A model generated the notes under the pieces. That model saw only the letters and a list, made by a program, of their open reading frames with translations, did no database searches and had not been told where the DNA came from. From NCBI RefSeq assembly GCF_036365525.1, contig NC_090409.1, forward strand, positions 39,380,437 to 39,444,436: a DNA stretch of 64,000 nucleotides, written 5' to 3'. This document shows, piece after piece, positions 1 to 10,163 of the stretch. This DNA comes from Heterodontus francisci (Eukaryota). The stretch's first letter is position 1; each line of letters begins with the position of its first letter. The translations under genes were made by a program, and so were the position numbers.

Positions 1-309
1 TTGAAACGTGTGTTTCCCATTGTAAACATATTGGTCACAATGTCCACCCCCAGTCTGTCATTGTTCTCCCAATGGGAGGTGGAGCTCAGCAGATAAATTC
101 CTGATATAATGAAGACTATTCCCCAGTAATATACACATTACTGATTTCAGTCCCAGACACCCAGACAAATGTTCTTTCCAGGAGACAGCTAACTACAGTC
201 TGTATAAATTCACAAGGTTAGCACCATCCAGGAAGATCAATCCTGATATAATCCATGTCACCAGCAGCCCCGAGCTCTGCTGAAATGTGAGAGCAGTCAC
301 AGCGTTTAC

Positions 310-935
310 CTGAAACAGCAGCAACAGCATTTAGCAGCAGCAGCAGGAGGAGGAGTTTCTGTAAGTTGGGTCCCTGCAACAAGAAAACACAGTTACCCCC
401 CTTTACCACAGTTTCTTGCTGCTCATGTCCATTACTGAACCGGGACAGGAGACAGTCCATGGTCCCACTCCCCATTACTGACCCCCCTCCCTCCCGGCTC
501 TGAGACACATTGAGACCGGGAGCAGCCCTGACACAGTCCATGGTCCCTCTCCCCATTACTGACCCCCCTCCCTCCCGGCTCTGAGACACATTGAGACCGG
601 GAGCAGCCCTGACACAGTCCATGGTCCCGCTCCCCATTACTGACCTCCCTCCCTCCCGGCTCTGAGACACATTGAGACCGGGAGCAGCCCTGACACAGTC
701 CATGGTCCCTCTCCCCATTACTGACCCTCCTCCCTCCCGGCTCTGAGACACATTGAGACCGGGAGCAGCCCTGACACAGTCCATGGTCCCTCTCCCCATT
801 ACTGACCCTCCTCCCTCCCGGCTCTGAGACACATTGAGACCGGGAGCAGCCCTGACACAGTCCATGGTCCCACTCCCCATTACTGACCCCCCGGGTGTGA
901 GACACTGACAATACCTGCTGTGTTTTTCTATCCAT
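310..935 (-). CDS. Paralog D (partial): first two coding exons of a single-IgV B7/butyrophilin-like membrane protein; the IgV exon lies off the left edge
   Basis: Exon 935-915 encodes MDRKTQQ (donor GTATTG). Exon 373-310 encodes GPNLQKLLLLLLLLNAVAAVS-G (acceptor ttgcag, donor GTAAAC), as in paralogs A-C. Bases 1-30 match intron-2 sequence that lies about 225 nt before the IgV acceptor in paralog B. Confidence 0.75.
465..890 (-). repeat. 81-bp minisatellite in intron 1 of paralog D (5 units plus a partial unit)
   Basis: Unit ggtcagtaatggggagagggaccatggactgtgtcagggctgctcccggtctcaatgtgtctcagagccgggagggagg; intron length 541 = 136 + 5x81. Confidence 0.95.
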
Positions 936-1176
936 TGCCCCGATCCTGGATCATTCTCTCCCGGAGACAGGAGACTGGGAATCTGCTGCTCAGGGTCAGA
1001 AACAGCAGCCGCTGGGTCAGACAGTGAATATTGAAACTGACTGAGCTGCTGAATCTTTACAGACGGTGACAGTGGCGGGAATATGACACTGAAACCTGGA
1101 TCCGGGTTCTAAATAAACCATTTCTTGGCGGGAACGGCTTCTGTTGGCAGTCAGGGCCGGGGTCAGAGCAGGTCGC

Positions 1177-1855
1177 CCAATCAGCGGCCGGGACGGCCTG
1201 TCACTCAGTGATAGCCCTGCCCCAGCCCCCTGGCCCCGCCCTTTGGCTGGAACAGATTCTCTTGGCCCCAGTGGCGGGTTCAGAGCCAGTTGTCCAATCA
1301 ACAGCGGGGCCGGCCTGTCACTCAGTGATAGCCCTGCCCCCAGCCCCCTGGCCCCGCCCTTTGGCTGGAACAGCTTCTCTTGGCCCCAGTGGCGGGTTCA
1401 GAGCCAGTTGTCCAATCAACAGCGGGGCCGGCCTGTCACTCAGTGATAGCCCTGCCCCCAGCCCCCTGGCCCCGCCCTTTGGCTGGAACAGATTCTCTTG
1501 GCCCCAGTGGCGGGTTCAGAGCCAGTTGTCCAATCAACAGCCGGGCCGGCATGTCACTCAGTGATAGCCCTGCCCCCAGCCCCCGCCCTTTGGCCGGAAC
1601 AGATTCTCGGCGCCCCAGTGGCGGGTTCAGAGCCAGTTGTCCAATCAACAGCCGGGCCGGCATGTCACTCAGTGATAGCCCTGCCCCCAGCCCCCTGGCC
1701 CCGCCCTTTGGCTGGAACAGATTCTCTTGGCCCCAGTGGCGGGTTCAGAGCCAGTTGTCCAATCAACAGCCGGGCCGGCATGTCACTCAGTGATAGCCCT
1801 GCCCCCAGCCACCTGGCCCCGCCCTTTGGCTGGAACAGCTTCTCGGCGCCCCTGT
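1177..1855. promoter_or_regulatory. Paralog D promoter: ~118-bp tandem repeat of a CCAAT / TGAGTGACAG / GC-box module (6 copies)
   Basis: CCAAT at 1177, 1294, 1412, 1530, 1641 and 1759. Each is followed after 16 nt by (C/A)TGTCACTCA and then a GCCCCGCCC-type box. The array starts about 240 nt upstream of the ATG at 935. Confidence 0.75.
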
Positions 1856-1859
1856 GAGT

Positions 1860-2035
1860 TCTCTGTGGCCTTGTCCAATCTACACCTTCTCCTTTGTTAT
1901 CTCTTGGTCCACCCCCGGCTCACTTGCTTATAACCTTTGACATTTCTAATATTTGCTAGTTCCGAAGAAGGGTCACTGACCGCTCTGTTTCTCTTTCCAC
2001 AGCTGCTGCCAGACCTGCTGAGTGGTTCCAACATC
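1860..2035 (+). mobile_element. Penelope-like element terminal (pLTR) fragment
   Basis: Homologous to 6280-6475 and 56690-56935 (gaagaagggtcactgac...gctgccagacctgctgagt); the hammerhead GAAA is deleted in this copy. Confidence 0.6.
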
Positions 2036-2474
2036 CTTGTGAATCATTTCTGCACCCTCTCTAGCTTAATCACATCGTTCCTGTAGTGAGACGACCAGAA
2101 CTGCACACAGTACTCCAAATGCAGCCTAACCAACGTTATGTACAACTGTAACATGACATCCCAACTCTAGTATTCAATGCCTCGACCAATGAAGGCAAGC
2201 ATGCCATACGCCTTCTTCACCATCCTGTCTACCTGTGTTGCTGCTTTCAGGGAACTATGTACTTGCACCCTAAGGTCTCCCTGCTCAACAAGGCTCCCCA
2301 GGGCCCTGTAAATGTCCTGCCCTGATTTAACTTCCCAAAATGCATCACTTCGCACTTGGCTGCGTTAAATTCCATTTGCCAATCCTTTGCCCACTTTATA
2401 TATATCCTGTTGTAACTTTCAACAACCTTCTTCACTGTCCACGATACCACCAATTTTGGTGTCATTTATTGTTT

Positions 2475-2778
2475 AAATTTTATTTAGAGATACAGCACTG
2501 AAACAGGCCCATCAGCCCACCGAGTCTGTGCTGACCAACAACCACCCATTTATACTAACCCGACAGTAATACCATATTCCCGACCACCTACGAGGGGCAA
2601 TTTACAATGGCCAATTTACCTATCAACCTGCAAGTCTTTGGCTGTGGGAGGAAACCGGAGAACCCGGCGAAAACCCACACAGTCACAGGGAGAGCTTGCA
2701 AACTCCACACAGGCGGAACCCATAATCGAACCCAGGTGGCTGGAGCTGTGAGGCTGCGGTGCTAACCACTGTGCTGCC
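2475..2778 (-). mobile_element. HE1-like V-SINE
   Basis: tRNA-like head (cagtggttagcaccgcagcctcacag), V-domain (tgtgtggagtttgcaag...ggtttcctcccaca) and CR1-type 3' tail, inserted in the CR1 RT. Confidence 0.85.
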
Positions 2779-3140
2779 ATCTGCAAACTTACTAATCATG
2801 CCCCCTACATTCTCATCCAAGTCATTAATATATATGACAAACAACAGAGGGCCGAGCACCGATCCCTGCGGCACACCATTGGACACCGGCCTCCAATCTG
2901 AAAAACAACCCTCCATTTCCACCCTCTTGCTCCTATCACCAAGCCAATTTTGTATCCAATTGGCTAGCTCACCCCGGATCCCATGTGTTCGAACCTTCTG
3001 GACCAGCCTACCACGCGGGACCTTGTCAAAGGCCTTGCTAAAGTCCATGTAGACAACGTCCACCACCCTGCCCTCGTCAATCCTCTTGGTCACCTCCTCA
3101 AAAAACTCAATCAAATTTTATTTGATTTATTTTTTTTACC

Positions 3141-3345
3141 AAAAGACTTGCAGGTTGATAGGTAAATTGGCCATTATAAATTGCCCCTAGTATAGGTAGG
3201 TGGTAGGGGAATATAGGGACAGGTGGGGATGTGGTAGGAATATGGGATTAGTGTAGGATTACTACAAATGGGTGGTTGATGGTCGGCACAGACTCGGTGG
3301 GCCGAAGGGCCTGTTTCAGTGCTGTATCTCTAAATAAAATAAATA
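3141..3345 (+). mobile_element. HE1-like SINE, 5'-truncated
   Basis: Matches the 3' half of the SINE at 4685-5040; A-rich tail. Confidence 0.8.
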
Positions 3346-4684
3346 AATAAAAATTTGAGAGACATGATATCCCATGCACAAAGCCATGCTGACTATCCCG
3401 AATCAGACCATGCCTTTCCAAATGCATATAAATCCTGTCTCTCAGAATCCCTTCCAATAACTTTCCCACCACTGATGCAAGGCTCACCGGCCTGTAGTTC
3501 CCTGGCTTATCCCTGCTGCCCTTCTTAAATAAAGGCACAACAATAGCTATCCTCCAGTCTTCCGGTACCTCACCCGTGGCTAACGATGATACAAAAATCT
3601 CTGCCAGGGCCCCAGCAATCTCCTCCCTTGCTTCCCATAATGTCCTAGGATGCATCTGGCCAGGCCCTGGGGATTTATCCACCTTAATGCGCTTCAAAAC
3701 CTCCAACACCTCCTCCTTTGTAATGTTGATATGCTCCAGGATATCGCTGTTCCCTCCCTTGAACTCACTCGCTTCCATGACCTTCTCCACGGTAAATACA
3801 GACGAGAAGTATTCATTTAAGACCTCGCCCATTTCCAGTGACTCCTCACATAGATTACCACACTAATTCTTAAGGGGACCTACTCTCTCCCTAGCAACTC
3901 TTAATGTACTTACAGAATCTTTTAGAATTCTCCTTCATCTTATCTGCTAGGAAAGTCTCATGGCCCCTTTTCGCCCTCCTAATTTCCTTCTTAAGTGTAC
4001 TCCTACATCCCTTACACTCCTCGAGGGACTTGCTTGATCCCAGCTGCCTATACCCGACATATGCCTCCTTCTTTGTCCTGACCAGACCCTCAATATCCCT
4101 CGACAACCAAGGTTTCCTAAACTTGCCAGCCTTGCCCTTCAATCTAACAGGAACGTGCCGGCCCTGAACTCTTCCTATCTCACTTTTAAAAGCCTCCCAC
4201 TTGCCAGACGTCCCTTTACCTGTAAACAGCCTCTCCCAATCAACTTTTGAGAGATCCTGTCTGGTGCCATCAAAATTAGCCTTCCCCCAGTTTAGGACTT
4301 CAACAGGAGGACCAGTCCTATCCTTTTCCATAGCTATCTTGAAGCTAATAGAGTTATGGTCACTGGTCCCAAAGTGCTCCCCCACTGACACATCAACCAC
4401 CTGCCCAGCCTCATTTCCTAAGAGCAGGTCGAGTGTCGTCCCTTCTCTAGTAGGGCCATCCACATACTGCTTCAGAAAACTATCCTGGACACACTTAAAT
4501 TCTTCCCCATCTGATCCCTTAGCACGAAGGCAGTTCCAGTCAATATTAGGGAAGTTAAAATCACCTACTATTACAACAATATAATTCCTACACCTATCTG
4601 TGATTTCCCTACATATATGCTCCTCCCATTCCCTCTGAATATTGGTGGGCTTAGAGTAAAACCCCAAAGTGATCACCAAAGTGC

Positions 4685-5040
4685 GGGTGGCACAGTGGCG
4701 CAGTGGTTAGCACCGCAGCCTCACAGCGCCAGTGACCCGGGTTCAATTCTGGGTACTTCCTGTGTGGAGTTTGCAAGTTCTCCCCGTGTCTGCGTGGGTT
4801 TTCTCCGGGTGCTCCGGTTTACTCCCACAAGCCAAAAGACTTGCAGGTTGGTAGGTACATTGGCCACTATAAATTACCCCTAGTATAGGTAGGTGGTAGG
4901 GAAATATATAGGGACAGGTGGGGATGTGGTAGGAATATGGGATTAGTGCAGGATTAGTATAAATGGGTGGTTGATGGTCAGCACAGACTCGGTGGGCCGA
5001 ATGGCCTGTTTCAGTGCTATATCTCTAAACTAAACTAAAC
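4685..5040 (+). mobile_element. HE1-like V-SINE, full length
   Basis: A/B-box-like head ggcacagtggcgcagtggttagc...gggttcaattct, V-domain, CR1-shared tail ending in (ctaaa)n. Confidence 0.9.
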
Positions 5041-5110
5041 CTCTTTCTTATTTCTAAGTTCTACCCATATTGCCTTGCTGGACATTCCCCCTGGGATATC
5101 CTCGCTAAGT

Positions 5111-6260
5111 TACCCATGGCAGGCTGATGGAGAAAGTGAAGGCGCTTGGGGTCCAAGGTGTACTAGCTAGATGGATAAAGAACTGGCTGGGCAACAGGAG
5201 ACAGAGAGTAGCAGTAGAAGGGAGTTTCTCAAAATGGAGACGTGTGACCAGTGGTGTTCCACAGGGATCCGTGCTGGGACCACTGTTGTTTGTGATATAC
5301 ATAAATGATTTGGAGGAAAGTATAGGTGGACTGATTAGCAAGTTTGCAGACGACACTAAGATTGGTGGAGTAGCAGATAGTGAAGGGGACTGTCAGAGAA
5401 TACAGCAGAATATAGATAGATTGGAGAGTTGGGCAGAGAAATGGCAGATGGAGTTCAATCAGGGCAAATGCGAGGTGATGCATTTTGGAAGATCCAATTC
5501 AAGAGTGAACTATACAGTAAATGGAAAAGTCCTGGGGAAAATTGATGTCCAGAGAGATTTGGGTGTTCAGGTCCACTGTTCCCTGAAGGTGGCAACGCAG
5601 GTAAATAGAGTGGTCAAGAAGGCATACGGCATGCTTTCCTTCATCGGACGGGGTATTGAGTACAAGAGTTGGCAGGTCATGTTACAGTTGTATAGGACTT
5701 TGGTTCGGCCACATTTGGAATACTGTGTACAGTTCTGGTCGCCACATTATCAAAAGGATGTAGATGCTTTGGAGAGGGTGCAGAGGAGGTTCACCAGGAT
5801 GTTGCCTGGTATGGAGGGCGCTAGCTATGAAGAGAGGTTGAGTAGATTAGGATTATTTTCATTCGAAAGACTGAGGTTGAGGGGGGACCTGATTGAGGTG
5901 TACAAAATCATGAGAGGTATAGACAGGGTGGATAGCAAGAAGCTTTTTCCCAGAGTGGGGGATTCAATTACGAGGGGACACGAGTTCAAAGTGAGAGGGG
6001 AAAAGTTTAGGGGGGATATGCGTGGAAAGTTCTTTACGCAGAGGGTGGTGGGTGCCTGGAACACGTTGCCAGCGGAGGTGGTAGATGCGGGCACGATGGA
6101 GTCTTTTAAGATGTATCTAGACAGATACATGAATGGGCAGGAAGTAAAGAGATACAGAACATTAGAAAATAGGCGACATGTTTAGAGAGAGGATCTGGAT
6201 CGGCGCAGGCTTGGAGGGCCGAAGGGCCTGTTCCTGTGCTGTAATTATCTTTGTTCTTTG
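5111..6260 (+). mobile_element. Young 5'-truncated CR1 LINE (RT C-terminal half plus 3' UTR)
   Basis: Uninterrupted 352-aa ORF 5127-6185 with GVPQGSVLGPLLF, FADDTK, RPHLEYCVQFW; CR1 3' tail gggccgaagggcctgttcctgtgctgt; inserted into an older antisense CR1. Confidence 0.95.
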
Positions 6261-6279
6261 TACTGCCGTGATGACTTTA

Positions 6280-6475
6280 ACATACCCTTTGCCTTTGCTC
6301 CATGACCTTCTGGTCAGTTATTCTCTGTGACCTTGTCCTATCAATACCTTTTCTTAAAACCTATTACATTTCTAATATTTGCCAGTTCTGATGAAGGGTC
6401 ACTGACCTGAAATGTTAACTCTGCTCCTTTCTCCACAGATGCTGCCAGACCTGCTGAGTATTTCCAACATTTCTT
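6280..6475 (+). mobile_element. Penelope-like pLTR fragment
   Basis: Same family as 56690-56935; contains a hammerhead core. Confidence 0.65.
6384..6420 (+). ncRNA. Minimal hammerhead ribozyme motif (Penelope type)
   Basis: AGTT-CTGATGA-AGGGTCACTGACCT-GAAA-TG-TT-AACT: stem I AGTT/AACT, conserved CUGAnGA and GAAA, stem II hairpin, vestigial stem III. Confidence 0.55.
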
Positions 6476-6494
6476 GACGTTATAATTGGAAAAA

Positions 6495-6645
6495 AGGCTT
6501 GCATTTCTATAGCACCTTTCCCCACCTCAAGACATCCCAAAGCATTTTACGGCCAATGAAATATTTACTATTTGTGAAGCAGTCACTGTTGCAATGTAAG
6601 TAACTTAGCAGCCAATTTGTGCACAGCAAGATTCCACAAGCCATT
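6495..6645 (-). mobile_element. Deu-domain SINE fragment (SacSINE/AmnSINE-like)
   Basis: Reverse complement reads tgtggaatcttgctgtgcacaaattggctgc...tttgggatgtcttgagg...gctatagaaatgcaag. Confidence 0.7.
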
Positions 6646-6709
6646 TGACCAGGTCATCTGGAATACTGTTGTGCAGCTGGGAGAGGAGGGGTTGGGGATG
6701 GGAACAGGG

Positions 6710-7415
6710 TCAGAACCGAGGGAGGGCCGCACCGTCGGAGGGACAGTACCGAGGGAGGGCCGCACCGTCGGAGGGACAGTACCGAGGGAGGGCCGCACCG
6801 TCGGAGGGACAGTACCGAGGGAGGGCCGCACCGTCGGAGGGTCAGTACCGAGGGAGGGCCGCACCGTCGGAGGGTCAGTACCGTCGGAGGGCCAGTACCG
6901 AGGGAGGGCCGCACTGTCGGAGGGCCAGTACCGAGGGAGGGCCGCACCGTCGGAGGGCCAGTACCGAGGGAGGGCCGCACCGTCGGAGGGTCAGTACCGA
7001 GGGAGGGCCGCACCGTCGGAGGGTCAGTACCGAGGGAGGGCCGCACCGTCGGAGGGTCAGTACCGAGGGAGGGCCGCAACGTCGGAGGGTCAGTACCGAG
7101 GGAGGGCCGCACCGTTGGAGTGTCAGTACCGAGGGAGGGCCGCACCGTCGGAGGGTCAGTACCGAGGGAGGGCCGCACCGTCGGAGGGTCAGTACCGAGG
7201 GAGGGCCGCACCGTCGGAGGGTCAGTACCGAGGGAGGGCCGCACCGTCGGAGGGTCAGTACCGAGGGAGGGCCGCACCGTCGGAGGGTCAGTACCGAGGG
7301 AGGGCCGCACCGTCGGAGGGTCAGTACCGAGGGAGGGCCGCACCGTTGGAGTGTCAGTACCGAGGGAGGGCCGCACCGTCGGAGGGTCAGTACCGAGGGA
7401 GGGCCGCACTGTCAG
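6710..7415. repeat. 33-bp minisatellite (~21 copies)
   Basis: Unit ccgagggagggccgcaccgtcggagggtcagta. Confidence 0.95.
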
Positions 7416-7419
7416 ACAA

Positions 7420-7645
7420 ACAGGAGGGGTGTTATCCCCGTCGTCCTATTTATTACTCAACCAACATCACTAAAAACAGATGATCTGGTCACTATCACAT
7501 TGCTGTTTGTGGGATCTTGCTGTGCACATACTGGCTGCTGCATTTCCTACATTACAACATTCAATACACTTCAGAAAAAGTACATCATTGGCTGGGAAGC
7601 ATTTTCAGATGCCGGTGGTCGTGAAAAACACGACAGAAATGCGAG
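7420..7645 (+). mobile_element. Deu-domain SINE body
   Basis: ttgctgtttgtgggatcttgctgtgcacatactggctgctgcatttcctacattacaac; related copies at 7925-8215 and 61795-61950. Confidence 0.7.
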
Positions 7646-8079
7646 ACTTTTTTCTCCGGCCACATCAGTTCCATCAGTGAGAGCTCGAACCTCCCTCTCT
7701 GTGACATCTCCCAGACTTTACCCACTCAGCCCATCTGCTGCTGAAACCCTCATTCCTGCCTTTCTTACCTCCAGACTCAATTATTCCAACCCTCTCCTGG
7801 CCTGAATGAGGCTCCACATTGAGGATTGAACCTGACAAACGTTTACCTTCACTGTCAAAACTCACACATGAAGAATGGATGTTTATGTGGGCTAACAGAG
7901 GGCTGCAGGCATCCACGTGTCAGACATGAGTCAGTGGGTAACACTCACCTCAGTCAGAAGGCACTGCAGTACTGAGGGAATGCTGCACTGTCAGAGGTAC
8001 TGTCTTTCAGGTGAGAGGTTAAACCGAGGGCCCTGTCTGCCCTCTTTGATGTGAAGGATCCCACAACCACAAAGCCAGA

Positions 8080-9335
8080 TCCTCCTGGTTTATTTGTCAA
8101 TGTTTAGAATTTAACCAACACATAAAACAGTTTAGTGCAGACATTTATCACATTGTTATTTGTGGGAACTTGCTGTGTGTAAATTGGTGAGAAAGACACT
8201 GTATAAATGGGAGAAACTGAAACTGGAATTTACCTTTCTGAGATACATTGAACTGTTGGTTGGGGCTCTCTCCTCGTGTTGCTCTGATTTGGAACATGTT
8301 TGACTGTCCCTGTGGCCTCAAGACACACGGCTTTTAATGGAATCCATACTTCAGGATAAACTAGATCTTCCTCATTGTTGTGAGTGAGTTTACTTCAGTA
8401 CCCAGGACACATTGATCACTCCAGTTAGTTGCTGATGGCCTTGTTTCAGTATCTGAGACACATTGAATGTCCTCATGGCTGTGGTTTTTTCACCTCTATT
8501 ATAATCCCCACTTGTTATCTCTACCCCGGTGAGCAGAGGTGAGAATTCCAGTCTCTGAATACTGGGTTCACATCCAGCAGGGAACTGGTACCCGATGGGA
8601 GCAGAGAGTCAACCCACCACCCATTGTATCGACCCGGACTCTCCTGGTAGGGTGTTGTTAGTCAGGATAAGGACCTGTCCATATAAAGAAAGAGTCTTCC
8701 TTATGGAGCACAATCTACTGGGTGTAAAAGCAGTGGAAGGAATCAGCTGCCTCATTTTAAAATGATATATTAATTCCTGAGATGTGGGTGTCACTGGCAA
8801 GGCTGGTATTTATTGTCCATCCCGAGACGCCCCTTGTGAAGGTGGTGCTGGGTCTTCTTGAACCGTTTCAGTCCCGTGTGGTGAAGGTGCTCCCGCGGTG
8901 CCGTTAGGGAGGGAGATCCAGGATTTTGACCCAGTGACGATGAAGGAACGGCCGATATATCTCCAAGTTGGGACAGTGTGTGTGAGACTCGGAGGGGAAC
9001 ATGGAGGCGATGGTGTTCCCATGCTCCTGCTGCCCTTGTCCTTCTAGGGGAGGCTGGAGGTTGTGGGTTTGTGAGGTTTTATTGAAGAATGTGGGACTGG
9101 GAACAGAAGAGAAAGAAGACTTGTTATCCTCCTTGTCCTGTCACCCTCCTCTAGGAAACCTCAATCCCAGACAATAAATTCATTCATTAAATAAAAAACA
9201 CCTTTGCAATAAATACAACCATTAAACATTTCCCCCAACAATTCCTTCTCGGAGCTTCCTTAATGTGATTTATCCTTCACTAAAATAAACTTTCTGAAGT
9301 TGGCCATTCACTTTGACCTTTCACCTCCTCACCCA
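8080..9335 (+). repeat. Segmental duplication block (direct copy at 57765-59035)
   Basis: Near-identical sequence, including a shared LINE 3' fragment (ORFs 8810-9022 and 58496-58708 are nearly identical). Confidence 0.9.
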
Positions 9336-9399
9336 CATTTGAATTTCAACCGTTTTTTTTTTCCTGAACGGTTTCTGCTCGGGTCAGTGGCAGCTGAGA

Positions 9400-9490
9400 C
9401 AGCCGCCAATCAGGTGCCTGAGCGACCCGTCACTCAATTACCCCGCCCACTCTGTGGGACGGGCCCAGAGACATCCAGCCAATCAGGGAA
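9400..9490 (+). promoter_or_regulatory. Putative paralog A promoter module
   Basis: CCAAT(9406)-N16-CCGTCACTCA, then CCCCGCCC and a second CCAAT near 9479; about 700 nt upstream of the ATG at 10164. Confidence 0.6.
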
Positions 9491-10163
9491 AGGAAGTGGG
9501 AGGTGCAGCTCCGCCTGGCGGTGGTTTGGTGAACTGTGAGGATGTGAAATGAAGCACCGGAAATGCTGCTGACTTTTTAGTCAAGTACCTCGCACTGTCT
9601 GCACCAAAAACTATTTTTATTGTGTGAGGGAAATGTTAGTTGCCTGCCCTGGAATTCAGGGTTGAGGCGGGGGTTAACCGCTGCCTTCCCCCATCACTGG
9701 GACCCCTTCACTCACAATAAAAACCCAGCCCAGGGCATTCAGCCAGTGAAAGGTCTGAACCTCGTGATCCCCTCACACTAAACCCACTGAATCCCACACA
9801 GGGGAATCTCAAATATCTGTCCTGGACTGATGACAGGGCAAGATCATGGAAGATAGAGAATCTTTATACAAGTTTTATACAATACAGAATGTTAATTTAC
9901 AGTCAGCAAACACCAATTCATTATTTCACTGATTCACTAGAAAATGGAACCCTGAGATCTTCAGCAAGAAATTGCTCTTTAAAAATAAGCAGCATTTTGA
10001 TTGGGCAGATTTTAGGTGCCGCCACCTGATTGGCTGAATGATGATGTTAGTTCCCCAATTGGTCAGATTGAACAACTCGGGAAATTCAAATGAGAAAAGA
10101 TACAACCAGAGCAGCAGGGTCAGTGTTACTGTGTCCAGGAGCTAGTGATCCAGGATCGGGACA

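Larger units (their letters stand above)
2040..4680 (-). mobile_element. CR1 LINE ORF2 remnant (endonuclease end to RT), interrupted by SINEs
   Basis: ORF fragments GDFNFPNIDW, KSPGPGQMHPR, YMDFSKAFDKV, GVPQGSVLGPLLF, YINDLD/KFAD; frameshifts and stops present. Confidence 0.92.

Noticed and set aside
1177-1855. CRISPR array or MHC SXY module
   Set aside because: Eukaryotic tandem repeat with no unique spacers. A Y-box-like CCAAT is present, but I see no recognisable RFX X1 or S box.
5127-6185. Host gene or autonomous active LINE
   Set aside because: 5'-truncated CR1 copy lacking the endonuclease and the RT N-terminus.
6583-7805. Long ORFs in several frames on both strands
   Set aside because: By-products of the 33-bp GC-rich minisatellite.
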